Part shown: positions 11,501 through 25,245 of the stretch, piece by piece
Layout: each line of letters starts with the position of its first letter
How positions within the stretch are numbered: the stretch's first letter is position 1
Notes under the pieces: generated by a model
What the model was told of the DNA's origin: nothing
Seen by the model: the letters and a program-made list of their open reading frames with translations, nothing else
Databases searched by the model: none
Origin: Laetmonice hystrix
Lineage: Eukaryota
Length of the DNA: 64,000 nt
Direction: 5' to 3'
Assembly (NCBI GenBank): GCA_965235115.1
Contig: OZ249436.1
Coordinates: 48,300,001 to 48,364,000, forward strand
Made by a program: the position numbers and the translations under genes

Positions 11501-14500
11501 AATGGTCAGAACTACATCATTATCACCAAAGTGCATTTATATGTTTTGGCGAGATTAAATATTGTTATTGTTAGATTAGTTTGAGGACTTACATCCTTTG
11601 TCGTTAATTGTTCTTCTCTATCAGGAATCGAGTCAGCACTGAGTGGTTTTGACTTCATCTTTTGTCCTGGGTACTTCCTGAAGACGCTTCCTGTCAGGGC
11701 ACATAATAATACAGGCCACTTTACTTATCGTCTTTCCACTTTTTTTATAATTCATTGTATAATGTTTGCATTATTGTCTATTTCTATCCAATAATATGTG
11801 TCACCTTATGTTCTCTATCACAATGTCTCATCATTTTCTGTATAATATTTTTATAATTGTCTAATTCTATCCAACAAATAGGAAAATAATTGAGGTCAGG
11901 ATACATTCATGTTGAACCGATGGAAACAAATTATTGAAAAAATAAGATGAATCTGTCGAAGCCACAAACATTAAAAAAGGGGGAGTGCATTCAAAAGGGA
12001 TCTTTATGCATGAGAATTATTGGCATGCATTTAATCTAATTCTAGAAAACCAAACAAACATAAAAAATATGGCGAAAAATCATTCTCAATGCAATGTGAG
12101 GCATTACAATGTAAAATAGCACTTAAGTAGGGGATTGGGATGACATTTGGAGTGTAGCAATAAGTGCTCCGAGCTAACATCATGCTCCAGCCTCTTCCTT
12201 TAGACATGTCTGGAGTAGAGAATTGCAATAAGAAGGTGAATCTGGCCAGTTTAACACAATCTGGTCGGTGAAACGAGATCATTGAATAACTGCAGGCAGG
12301 GTAAGAGGTGTTTTCTCGTCCCTCTTTTCTCATGGCCTTGTGTGTGTCAGGATGTACACTGTATGTGTTGAGGCCACCCATAGAGAACAGGATTGTGAAA
12401 GTGTCGAGAGAACATGCTGGGTATATTCTACCAACCTTTACTGACAGTTGGTCTGTCAAGTTTCCTTTCTTTACAGCAAACAAGACAACATTCAGACATT
12501 TGTAACACTCTGACCGATTATTCAAGGACAAACACTACAACCGGCATGTATTGAACATAGAAGCAGCTGGGGATTTTTAAAATTAATTAACCAGATTGAG
12601 ATTGATTTGAGTTAGGCAGGGTACAGGATCTCCTACCGTGTCGTCAAGTCAGGTTAGGGTACGGTATGTACAAATAGAGCTCACAGAGACAACAATTACC
12701 GATTACATTACGTACATGCCGGGTAGTATAACAGGCAACAAACAGACATAAAGTCCTTTACTTCACATGAGAATCTGGATTAGACCACAGACAAATTTTA
12801 TACCCTCGTAGTTTCACTGATGTTTTACACTACTTGACTGTGATGTACAAGGACATTGACATCATTCTCAGCAATAAAGTTAAACAACCAACAAGAACCT
12901 GGCTTCAAATTGTTTCTGTCTATACTTACCAATTTGTGTCTTGTCCTCTGTGTAAAAGAAAGCTTTCTGAACTTTCTTTCCCTTCATTTTTCCAAGAGGA
13001 CTAGCCGAGTAAGGTCTTCGGTAACGCCCATTTGTGGAGTCCGTTATACTGCTACTGGCACTCGATGGACGGAACACAGTCTTTGACTGCTCAGTCACCT
13101 CCGCTTTTTCCTTCAAAGGTCACAAAGAAATTAATATTATTTTGACAAATTAAAGCAGATTTTTAGCATTTTTTCTAGTCCTACATGTTACAGATTGTGA
13201 TGGCCTAGGTATGGGTGGTTGGGTAACGTGTGGGGTTACTCAAATTATGACAACAGTTACCATTCGGGCCTGGGTTAGGGCGGTGTGTTTGGGTGGAGGT
13301 AGGGCGCGGACCTCTTCTGTGTATGGTAGTGCCAACCGGGTCTCACCCGCAGTCAACATTTTCATGTCACTATCTTCCTGAAACAGAGGCATGGAAACGG
13401 TCAGGTTCAGTCAAGGTCATGACCCCATCAGGTCAACGTGCTGTGTAGGATATCAAAACGTGCTCTCAACTACACCACAAAGATTGTTTTAGTTTTATTT
13501 ACCAAGTTGTATTTCTTCTTGACACTCTCCACCAGCATGCCACATTTTTTAGAGAAATTCAAAGACTTTTCGATCTCCAGGTTGACAGCAGCAATGTCAT
13601 CACTTTCAATTATGCCTGCAAGTTATTAAATGAAATCTTAAAGCATCGTTTCTGTCACAATTTGCAGATCATATTAGCATTTCAACAATGAATTTTGTGC
13701 ATCCATTATATTGAGTTAAGTTAAAAACCCAAACAATTGTCTTTAGTGGCCATATTTTAGATGTAAATTTTCACTTCTTTCCCTGACTTCTGACTACTGT
13801 ACCTGTTTCTCTGAACCAATGGAAACGACCAGATGAGCAGTGAGCCAGGTTTCTCAGACACTCAGCTGTCTTGGTGATGTTCGCATAGCGGGACGGGATG
13901 GCACCATGAGCGTCGTAATCATCCACGTTAAACAAGGCCACATGTAGCTACCACACACAAACATACACTTTATGTTAATGAGGTTAAGGCAATGGCCATT
14001 ACAAATTAGTGTCGAACAGAATGTTTTAAAACAAAGATGGGTTCAGAAGGATTTTGTTTTGAGATTATAAATTGGCATACCTTGAGTTTGCGGCCAGAAC
14101 AGGCCTCTTCCAAGTATGAGCAGCACACGTCAGCTTGTTGATCAGGAATCCCAGATGTAAACAGGTAGATTCCTTCCACCTCTGCAGCAGTCACATCAAC
14201 ATGGTCAATTCACTGACTTCTTTTTTATTTGTGCGGCGAGAACAAACTTGCCATTTGGGTCCTCTTTTGGACACAGAAAGAAAATAAATAAACAAACCCA
14301 GCCCCCTCACTTGGTATCCAGGGGTGTGCCCCTTACACAGAGATAGTAAATCTAAGGGTATCACACACTCTCACCGATATTATGTTTAGTTTCCTCATCA
14401 TTTTCCACAGCCAGATGAAGAGCATCCATGAAGTTACGGCTGCCTTCACACTGCATGTCGAGGATGAAGCTCCACGCAGCCTGAAGGTTATCAGGGCTGG

Positions 14501-17500
14501 GTTTTACCATCGTTGGACGGAACGGCTTAGCTGTGCTTCCAAACCTGATAACAAAAACCACAACAATCCTCAGGGTTCTCAGAAAACAACCCACAACATG
14601 GACACTAAGAGTTCATAACTCTACACTTTGAACTTCTATGTTTACACATTGTAAACCACCCACCCAGATATACATTGTAAACCACCCACCCAGATATACA
14701 TTGTAAACCACCCACCCAGATATACATTGTAAACCACCCACCCAGATATATTGTAAGACCAACAAGGTCAAGTTGGTACTCAAGGCAATGAAAGTGCAAG
14801 AATGTGCAAGATGTGCAAGAAAGCTACCAAAATCCACTGCAAATATTTTTGATGGCTTACCCTATAATGTTGAAGTATTCTTTATTGGCGAGTTGCTGCT
14901 CCATCAAAAGTCGCAGCGAGTGTTGGACATGGACCAGGTAGTTCAGATTGGATATTGACAGATCAACAAGGATGACCACACTGGAACAACCATACAAATT
15001 CTTTGACACGATAAAAATCAAAATTAATATTACGCTTTTGGGAGTTAAAAAGATATGCAATTTTTTCTCCAATTTGGTGAAGAAACGGGAGAACTTTTAC
15101 TCACTTGCTCTCCGTTACAGTACCGAAAATCTTTCGTGCGGCTGAGCCAAGCCAATCGATGCGTTTCTCATATATTCTGACAGTAGCTCCCAACTGTTTC
15201 TGATACTCAAAGAGCTGTGTCATGTCGACATGTACATTCTTCATTGTGCCATCGTGCCACTGAAACTGTGCCATGGCTGCACCATGAACCTGTGACTGCA
15301 CGGTCTTACGGATAACAGGAATGAATTCTTCCTTGAAGGAGTATGCATTGGGTGCCAGAACTTGGTAGAGATCAAGGCCCTTTGCTGGTGAAGAAAGCAG
15401 TGAACAATATAAGACAAAGCCTAGATATACAGCCACATGTTACTGAAATTATTTTGCTAGTCTACATTTTGTGAACTATTGAGTTTTGCAATATTACAGT
15501 ATGAAAAGTATATCAATAACTAAATTACCGCTATCGTGAATATAATCAGGAAAAACTGGGGGCTTAATACCTTTAAGACCATGTTTAGCCAGCCATTCTG
15601 ATGAGGATGCTGGCTGAAAAGTGGGCATCTCTATCCGTAGGGGATCTTCATGTCCTGGAGGTCGGGGAAGGAAGCGAGACTGCGGCAGCTTGGCAACCTC
15701 TGTACTAATCTGTAATATAACACATAGGAGTTCTGACACTTGAAGGTAGATCCAGCTTTACCCCCTCATTAAAAATGAGTTTTTCCTATTTTTTCGTTTC
15801 TTTATGGCTTCAAGCTTTACATTATGATTGGTACTTCTCAATGAGTTGAGTTTACTCGTATATTTCCATATCTAACAGGTGAACCCAGTCAAAAAGTAAT
15901 AAAACTGCCACTGTCTCTGTTGTTAAGTTATGGTCTAGGTTGAGTTTTGGGTGATAAAGTCTTACCTCGTTCATGACACTGACGAGAGCAGTCCCCAGCA
16001 GACCCTGTCTCATGTCCTTGATTTTATTAATGAGATCCTGTGCCGTTTGAATCTCCTCCAGCAGCAGACTGATGTCATTACCATTGTAAATCTGCTCCTG
16101 AAATGTTGGGAGAGCCAACACACAGTGGTAAAAATACATCTTCAAGTCACTCACTCAAGTCACAGCCCAAAGAGAACTTTGAAAAAGAAGTGTTTACTGA
16201 CTATATTAGTTCATACTAACATGTCATATGATTCAACCAAGAGTTACTGTGAACGCATTACTTACTAGATAAAACCCCTTTTTCTGGTCACAGGTTTTTT
16301 TACAAAAATTCTTTGACTAAAGTTTCATTCTAATTCGATTGAAAATATAATTTGGGCTGAGCTGTGAAAGTCAACTTCGACTTGGGGCTATATGAATATA
16401 CTTGTGAATATACAACTAAAAGATGTGAACTGTGTACATCAATCCTTAAATCATCTTTAAGCCCTTTAATATCGACTTGTTCCTAAGATCATTGGCGGAA
16501 AGGATATATATTTAGGAGCACAGGCGAGGGTTGCTTTGAAATGGGGAGAATCAAATTTAGATGAGGGAGGGTGAGAAATAAGAGGCAAGTTATTTGAAAA
16601 AAGTTTCTCGCCATGAAATTAAGCCTAACCATTACTAACCATTTATACCAAACACCCGGTAATAATGTTCATACATAGGTATCAATGTCACACATGTATA
16701 ACGCTGAAGGAGATTGGGTATTAAATGATACATTTGGAACTAATACAACAAAAGCCTAACAAAATACACAATAAGAATACAGTGATCTGTACAAGTGTCC
16801 TTATTGTATACTGAGTGATACCTTGGAATTCAACTGTGAATGATACAGGATGAAATCATCAAGTGGCTATATGAAAACAAACAAAATATTTACCGATAAT
16901 GACTTGCTCAAAAATTAAATTGTTTTTTTTAAAACCGAAGTTCAATAGCTGCTTTAAGTGCCAATACTTTCACATGGCTCCAAAAAGGCAGGTCATCACC
17001 ATTAAAATAAAATAGGCTAAGTATGTTGGGTCATTTCTTATACAAAACGTTGCCCAATAATCCATGACCTAGGCACAATAAAAATACATGTGTGCTGATT
17101 GTACTTACTTCACAGGAAGATGCATAGCAGTGGTAGCGCCCTTCTGAGTTATCTGCAATCTTTTGTAAGGTTCCCTGAAAAGAATAAATTAAAATATTCA
17201 GTAAAATTGATCAAATATATGTTATACAGTTATACTATATGCCGGAAATTAGCCGCCTATGGTACATGTTAATATGTAGACATGTGTAATATATTCTACG
17301 TAAAGAGAATACATTTTTTGGCAGCTGGGGATCAACTTACATGTGTCAGGTAGTTGCTGCAGTCGTAAGCCACAGTCTGAATAGGTAGTCTTCTTCCAGC
17401 TCCCAACTGGTCAAGGTAGTCTACCAACACATCCCCTGGTTGGTCTGGCCTGGGGGATCCAACAATTATACAACAATCATTTTTCAAATGGTACAATAAA

Positions 17501-20500
17501 AAAAACTATGTGGTACTGCACATCCAAGGTACAAATGTATAGGCAGGCTTTTATATGAAGCAGGTCATACTCACGTGCTCCCAAGTATGAGAAGAATGGT
17601 ATCGATATCTTTCCTCTTGTGCATTGCTTTGAGTGCTTTCAATACATTGGAGCCACCTGAAGGGCTGAGAGAGTCGAGCCACTGCTTGGCTTCCTCAACA
17701 CTGGAATGGGTACAACAATGTCAGGTTGGGATGCATGGGGTTAAGCACAGGTACCACTACTCAGACTACTTTTTTGTAATTTCTATGTTCCCCATCTAAC
17801 AGCCTTTGTAAAGCTGCGTGTCCACAGGTCCGGATGCGGACACGGATACGGATTTTTAAAAACACATTACAAATATAGGGACTGTGTCCACTCATGCGGG
17901 TCCGGACACGGCGACCGATCCGACACAGTTCCTATATTTGTAATGTTTTTAAAAATCCGTCATCCGTAACCGTGTCTGCATCCAGACCTGTGGACACGCA
18001 GCTTTAGTCTCTTTCTCTATGAAAATGTGTAGCATTTTTTAGAAAAAACTGAGTGCCTGGCACTAGCACCAAAGGCACAAGGTTTTCAGTTGGCAAGAGG
18101 TGTGGGTGGGGGCCGTTTGGTTAGCGTCTTGGTATGAATAAACAAGAGACGGTATGAGAAGTTAATATGTATACACATTGATCAGAGGATAGGCCTAATA
18201 AAAATTCCTGCCAGGCGGCACTTCAACCTTTTTAGTTTTGTGCCACTACTGTTTCAGTTGTTCTTCATTCATTTTTCTGAGAAATTTCCTCTGTGGAACT
18301 GTACGTGATGTGAACTAGTAGGAAAAATCAAATCACCTCTGACTACTTGTGTCTGAAGAAGCTGGTATTTTTTCAATTATTTCCACAACCCTTCACCAGT
18401 AATTCCACTTCTACAGTTTACAATATCAACACTACACACTACTAATAACATGACAAATTATTTTATGAAATATGACTTAATCAGATATACGAATCATGCT
18501 GGGCTTTGGGATACAGGCAGGAGCAGACTGGCACTAACAATAATCTTTGTGAATGTTATGTAACACTGACTTTATCAGGCAATACTTACCAATCCTCGTT
18601 ACTGGTTGGTTTCAATAGAGTGATCATTATAAAGTTAGTTATAGGAAACCTATATACAAGCTAAGACTATCCAAAATCAAGAATGTACATTTCATGTATT
18701 TCGACAAGGGGTACAAAACTGAAGCTAACGTACTTTTATTGAAATGTGTTTGTCCAATGCCTATAACCAGTTTGAGGCTTTATTCCAATTTGGGTTATGC
18801 AAGTTACAAAAAATGTCCCACATCATATTCACTCGTAACTATTAATAACTGGAGATCTTTTTGCGATGTAGTAGTATACCATAAAAAATTATATCAGTTA
18901 CATGAAAGCAAAATACAACACCTTCTACAGTTGATATCCATCGTATTGCTCCAGAGGGGAAGAGGCTCCGTCCCAAAACACATCAGATATATCCCCTTCT
19001 TCCTGGACAGCTGCTCGTCAAGCAGATGCTGCAATCAAACAATTCAACACTTTGTAGACATTACACCAATGGAATCTGAAAAAATTATGAATCGGTATCT
19101 TTGATACATTGATCTAAAATGGCTGGGGAGTACCTAGACTGCAGTTTACTGGATATTTAAAATATAAGGGATCACAAATAATAACATTTCACCAGACGGT
19201 TGCTTTGAGAATGACATGATCATCCGTTATTGTAGGTTATGGTAAAAATGAGCACAACCAGTTGACTTACTGTAAGTGCATCTTGGAAGGGACTCAGTCG
19301 ACCAAAACCACAGTTGGCATCAGAGGCATCAATTAACACTCCAACACGCACTCCTTTGACGAGGCCAAAAAACTGAAATCAATGAAGAAATACAGTTCAC
19401 TCATTCCTTGGTCGGTTACTGAGAATTCTATCATTGTCAAAAAAATGACCAAACACTGTGTATAATACATTCTCTAACCTAAGGAAAAGGTTACTTTTGA
19501 AAGTATTGACTTGAATTTAAAAACTTTGGATGAAAGATTTTTAATTTAATGTTTGTATCCGCTTTGATCCACGGCAAAACAGAGCTTTACCCTGCGACTT
19601 CCTTGGAGTAACCATTTTATCCTGGTTGTGTACGACTCTATGCAGCTGTAATAAACAGTGGTATAAAGTTTTACATCAAACAGAAATTAGCTCATGCTTT
19701 CTGAGCATTGCTCTTCATGAATACTCAAGAAGTTAACTAATTAAAAACAATCATGCATATTGAGAAATGCTATGAAAGTTAAGTTTGTTACCTATACAAT
19801 AAACAGAGCCACTACCTCAGAGTTTGTCATGCATTTTGAGGTTGTCAAATAAACAGCACATTTTCACTTACACATTTAGTTTGTATTCAAACTCATTGAT
19901 ATCTGTGGACTCAAACTGAATATGTTGCTGAACTTTTCCTGTCTCCGTGTGGACACCAGGCCTGAAAAAAAGTCAAATCAACTCCTCAATTCATTGGTAC
20001 AAGTACCGTGGGATAACACAGCTATGGTGATACAATGTATTCACACTATTCACGGAGTATCAGATGATCTTGATGGCTGGCATCATCACAGGCCAGAATG
20101 GTATGTATATAAGGAAAATATTGACATCAATTTGACTCACTTGGCTATTTTACCCTTGTCTACCAGATCCTTCATTGTCAGTTTCATTTCTTTGATACTA
20201 TGGGCCTTGAGCCACTCGGATGAACTCATCATCTCTGAAAACTTGGCGTCCATCAAACCAGGTTTCTGTGGGACAATGAAAAACAGGTGTAAAATAAAAA
20301 TACCCCTCCGCATGGAGACAGCCATAGATTCTCAATTTACTTTTCAAACTTTCAAAAGCTAATGATTAGCTTTCCTGACATTTTACTGATAACCCACATT
20401 TCAATTCTACTTTGCCTTACTCATCTTATTTGAAAAATACCTGTAATTTTCTGCAGTACCAGAGAAGTCATGTTAAGCAGAACAAACAACTATAAAGACT

Positions 20501-23500
20501 TTCTATTTACATCAGTATGACAGAATGTGCATATATGTAAGTCAAACTAGCAGTTTGGTGGAAAACAAATAAAAAAACTTTGTAATATGCTCTGCAAATT
20601 CTGTTCAGTAGAACATTTTTCGTGAAACAATCAGTGACAAACTTGCTATACACTGTTACATCATGACTAATAAAGGTCTTTTGTGGCAAACTTTCTTTTG
20701 TGACATAATTGTGAGAACATACATTTAGAACAAAATGGGAAACATGTGAAAGAAATACACAAGCAGGTCATTTATAAATTCCTTGTTGCACTGCCTTGAA
20801 TGGTCAGCAATTTTTACTCAAACATCATTTAGCTAAAAGTGCCTGTTATCATGTTAATTAGGAACGTGGTATCTTTCATAATACATGCAAGCATACACAT
20901 ACTGGTACATATAAATAACATTTACATTCAGTGTTCAGTGTTACATCCAAAAAGTTTTCATAGCCCAAGCTTAGGCTTCTGAATTGTAGCTGTTTGGGGC
21001 AGGACATTATTGATGATATCAGTGTGAGGTGAGGTTGTGATTTTAGGGAATTTTTTGGTCTATCTCACCTTTTCCATGTTCTACAACAACAAATAATAAC
21101 CAATTTGGGTTACAATAAAGGCTGCTCCAGGTCTGTTGACAAAGTCCTCATAGGTTGGTTTACCATTCAGATAATCAAAATCATTGTAAAACTACAGGGC
21201 AACAATCCACATTACACAAAACTCGAGAAACACACAGCAAAGCGCAATATATCATGATACCATGAAATCTACCAGAAAACACTAGTTCTGAGGAAGTTAC
21301 AACTGATAGAAAGAGAGAACATGCATTAGAAGGTATATGACATTTAGTGCAAGCTCAGGGGTGGTGTCAACGGCTGCTGAATGACTGGGGGTGCTTCCGC
21401 TTGGAAGCATTCACTCACTTGGGTGACCTCTTGGGGAACCCCAGGTTTCTTCCACCAAGGGTCGGAAGACCCCTAAAGTATAAGGTTCTGTTTAGACTAC
21501 ACAAGATAACCTAACCTCTACATACAAATCAAAATTCCCTTGATAGCAAATAAGATGCTTCCTGAATTAATCCATGCACTAAAACATAACCTTGTCATAT
21601 TTAACAGATAAAACCCATCAGATAAAAGGTGTTATAACCAAGAATGGATTATTCAATTTTTCCTTTTTCCCTAGTGTAGATTTAAATTTAAATTTAAAAT
21701 TTTTTATTCATTGATCTCTAAATAATCACATAAATAATCTAAGTACTATTCTAAGATAGCTGTCAGCAATTTAGGAGGCCATTTTTACTGAGATTGTGAA
21801 TACCAAGGGGTGTTTTACAATCTCTTCACAGGCATGCAAGTAGGAGAAAAATCCCCTTTTCCCTTATAAAGTACCAATCAAGCATTTTATCACTATTCTG
21901 CAAATTGCAAATTCTCAACTTTTCTGTTCCTCTTGCTTTTCACTTTCTTACCTTAGCTATTTTACTTGCATGATTAGCACATGTTAAGACATCACTAAAA
22001 TTATTACAGCATTGCATATTACACCTCAAGGTTTTGGCATGTTAATATCCAATGCAGAAATTCATTAAATTTTGGAGAAGCAAATCCATCTCATGCTTAC
22101 AAAGAGCTGACTTGAGAAATCAGTAGAAAAACTATAACTGCTGCCCCCTCACCCTTAGGTCCTGTGTATGGTTGACCTTCGTTATCAATAGTTCATGGGG
22201 CTCCTCCGCATCCTTTGCACTTGTCGTCCGCCAGTTCGGTCTAGCTGCCATGACCTTTTTCTGGTCTTCATAGGTATTCATCATGTTGGCATATGATGAC
22301 TCCATCCGCCTGCGACTGGATTGTCGTGACTGCCGTAATACTCTTTAAATGACGTACATCAGAGCATTATTGTACATTCCAAAACTAAAAACAAAATTTT
22401 TAATAGAAAAGAAATGTTTGTAAGCATATCACAACTGAACTTAACCACTGAACTATGCCAAAAGCCATCATTCTCATAGAGCTCTATAATTTAACATTAC
22501 AATATGGTGGTATCAGGAAATACACTAGTATATGTTCAAAGTCTACATGAACATTATGCTTAGTTAAAATAGAACAGTATTGTACACTTTCTTTTTTACC
22601 AGTCAACCAACAGCCACACTACATTTAGATACTAATACTATCAATGGATGTTGATATTAGATCATTTACATTAGATGTCTCATTTCAACTCCTACACAGA
22701 ATGTCTGGGAGGAAGGCAGAGACCTTTTTGAATACCTGTCCTTTCTATGTGGGACTGTTAAATTTGTACATATACCTCAAGACTAAATCTAACAATGCAT
22801 ATATCAATACATACTCTTCATCAGGGATTGACACTCCACGAGACTTGTCAGGCTGTCGTTTCCTGGCATTAGGCTTGCCACTGAGTGGTGCCAAAGAAAT
22901 AAGAGATTTGTGAAAGTATTGTGTTTATAATGACATTGATGAATGAGGTGAATAGGGTGAACTTATCATAATACTTTAGTAACTAGGTGTGATGTGAGCT
23001 GGTGCTGCCACCTGTAGACTTGAGCTTGTACTAATAAAACACTACTTCCCGTTACACACAACAAGGCATTCACACATGACAATAGGTAGAAAGTGTCTGT
23101 ATAGCATGCATCTGTGGATGCATCTGTGAATGAGCGGAGCGTGTGCCTACGGAGGACTTTTAAATGACGCCTTCTAGTTCTGATAAGTGAAACATTTAGT
23201 GAACAATACAACAGTCCTTTCACATTTACTCATTCCATGGCACACAAAGTCACAATTCATACCAATTACAAAAATGTAGCTGATGAATACAAATTGATAA
23301 CTCAAGTAAAATTCATTCAGAGTATAATTCATTCATCAGGCTTCTGTTTCTGTAATCATCCAAGCCTGGCTGATCAATTAGAAAAGTGACAAGGTCAGGA
23401 AAGGATGCCTACTCTTCTTTCTTGTTGGACCGGTTTGGTACAACTGATGTAGGGTTATGGATGCTTTCCCTGGGCTGTGGATGTGGATGTTCCTGAGGCT

Positions 23501-25071
23501 GTTCTCTTGGGTAAGATCTTGGGTATTCAAAATGTTGTTCTTCTGTATTAAAGGACACCCTAGCATTGTTTGTCAGTTCTTGTCTCCTACGCTGAGCGTT
23601 AAGTAGGCTGCAACATGATATCATCAGTATGCACATCTCAAGCATGTCTTTGATACAACACTAGAATTTAGAATCACAAGACTTGAATGTCTATGATCTG
23701 GGGTGACTCCAAGATAGACCAAAATTGATCAAATGTGGGTCCACGGTGGGCTTATAAAAAAAAAGCTATTAGAAAAGATGGATTTCACCTATAAAACTAA
23801 GGACTGAATTATATCTGCAGGTTGCATGTATCCCAAAGATTTAATTTCCAAGTTAGGCATCATTAACTAGTATAAGCAACAACTTACTCATCATGACTGT
23901 ATGGTAAAGTTGAGTCTGTCCTGTTACGCATTAGTTCCTGCATCCTGTCAAATCAAAGAACTCCTGACAATGTATCCAACTAACACTCAGCAGATATGAT
24001 GCAGTTTGAAGAGTAAAATCTTTTTTTAGAGATAGTACATCAAGATTCAAATAATATAGCAGCAGACAAAACTTTAGCAGGTCCCTAAAAACTGAAACTT
24101 TGTAGGCCTATTTAGATAGATATTTCTACAATTCCACACAACTATAAATGTTTGTCCTTCTGCATGATCAGTCTACGAGAAAGTTGTTAGTATCCAAGCA
24201 ACAAACAAGCAAACATCAACTGTTCCAGATCGTCCACAAAAAGTCTGAATTTGGAAATAAGCCAAACCTAATAACTCTAAATTGCCTTCCAGCAAGACTC
24301 AGGCAAAGTTAAATGGTTGTTATCGCCAGTGGGCTGGAAGAAGTTAAAGATCACAACGGTGTGAATAATGTATCACTGAACTGAACTCCAAAACCGTATT
24401 CATCCTAGAAATATGACTGCAATATTGGATTCTTATTGGATGATGTTTGACAGCAGAATATCAGATTATCTAATTAGGGTTTAATTAACAACAATTTGGG
24501 ATATTCATAAACTACTAACTCTAGCCTAGGCCTAACCCTAACCCAAACATAGGCCTATTGTTTCGTGTTGAAAATAAGTTAAACTATTTTTTTCATTCTG
24601 CCGTCTGATGGCAGAATAACCACTGCGAACAAACAAAGAAACAAATTGATATTAATTTGGGCCTTTTTTAAAATTTCTATTTGGGACTTTTTTTTAATTT
24701 AAATGTCTCCATTTTTTAGGCTACTGCATGGACCATGGTAGGCCTACTCATCATGCCTGCTCTCCTAACTTATTTTGCAACAACTAATTCTAGTAACAAC
24801 TTTACACTACAGGTCACCTATCAAGCCATTTATAATATAATGTGACTCATTGTTTAGACTCTCTTGACATTTTTGTAAATTTGTGTCTGCTGCCGTTCAT
24901 GCGCGGTCGGTCTACTACTTCTACATAAAATGTTGTGGTCTAGTCGGTACTCAGTACAGTCCACTACAGATCAGATGGGAGGCTCAGGTTGTTGTACCGA
25001 CTATCTACTACTTACGCTTCATATCGCTCTGTCCTCGGATCGGGCGCCCCATATTTCCTCGTTGATGACAT
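8599..25071 (-). CDS. VWA3A: von Willebrand factor A domain-containing protein 3A (multi-exon)
   Basis: Phase-consistent GT-AG exons, 5' to 3': 25016-25071 (MSSTRKYG), 23413-23607, 22815-22880, 22153-22342 (LLITKVNHTQDL), 21419-21472, 21069-21080, 20141-20265, 19872-19961, 19591-19645, 19271-19372, 18922-19028, 17575-17700, 17341-17449, 17109-17174, 15966-16097, 15571-15709, 15105-15384, 14861-14980, 14375-14544, 14081-14181, 13803-13947, 13503-13615, 13261-13377, 12930-13110, 11593-11690, 11252-11370, 10694-10981 (RYLQRLQWLLAASRRVFGTV..FLIDTSGSM), 10426-10570, 9842-9993 (VYLLTDGKPD), 9482-9608, 9211-9308 (PPLPDFEGDDL), 9010-9065, 8599-8648 (TGA). Motifs match vertebrate VWA3A as recalled. 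The N-terminal exons are less certain. Confidence 0.92.
10986..11143. repeat. 31-bp tandem repeat x5 at the 3' end of a VWA3A intron
   Basis: atgaacaaggtagtcagacattgatcacagg at 10986, 11017, 11048, 11079 and 11110. Confidence 0.95.
14646..14752. repeat. 26-bp tandem repeat x4 (intronic)
   Basis: acattgtaaaccacccacccagatat repeated. Confidence 0.9.
17809..18006. mobile_element. Hairpin MITE (TAA/TTA ends, PIF/Harbinger-like) in a VWA3A intron
   Basis: taaagctgcgtgtccacaggtc...gacctgtggacacgcagcttta; nearly the whole element is self-complementary. Confidence 0.8.
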
Positions 25072-25174
25072 TTTCTCAGTGGTATATCAGTCTGCGTCAA
25101 GTATTTACATCCCCATCCTGTAAAAATTCTCAAATCCCAGGCGCTGTCGAACCACAGCAACACAAGCGCGCCGC

Positions 25175-25245
25175 GATTGTTTAGGTGTTGCCAATGGACG
25201 GGGTCACGGGTCATTGCGGTCGAAGAAAACGGACGCTCATTGGCT
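25175..25245. promoter_or_regulatory. Putative VWA3A promoter: forkhead-like TGTTTA, RFX X-box half site GTTGCC, CCAAT boxes
   Basis: tgtttaggtgttgccaatgg at 25178-25197 and attgg at about 25240, in a CpG-rich patch about 110-170 bp upstream of the ATG. Confidence 0.35.

Noticed and set aside
12031..12531. 166-aa minus-strand ORF in a VWA3A intron
   Set aside because: No recognisable domain, and the flanking VWA3A exons join in phase without it.
23152..23157. 6-nt VWA3A microexon (TCCTCC)
   Set aside because: Phase-compatible, but the acceptor and donor are weak and there is no other support.
24525..24546. Telomere-like ctaaccctaaccc, or a telomerase template
   Set aside because: Only about 2 units, and the motif is part of a dispersed repeat also seen at 30920, 47565 and 49610.
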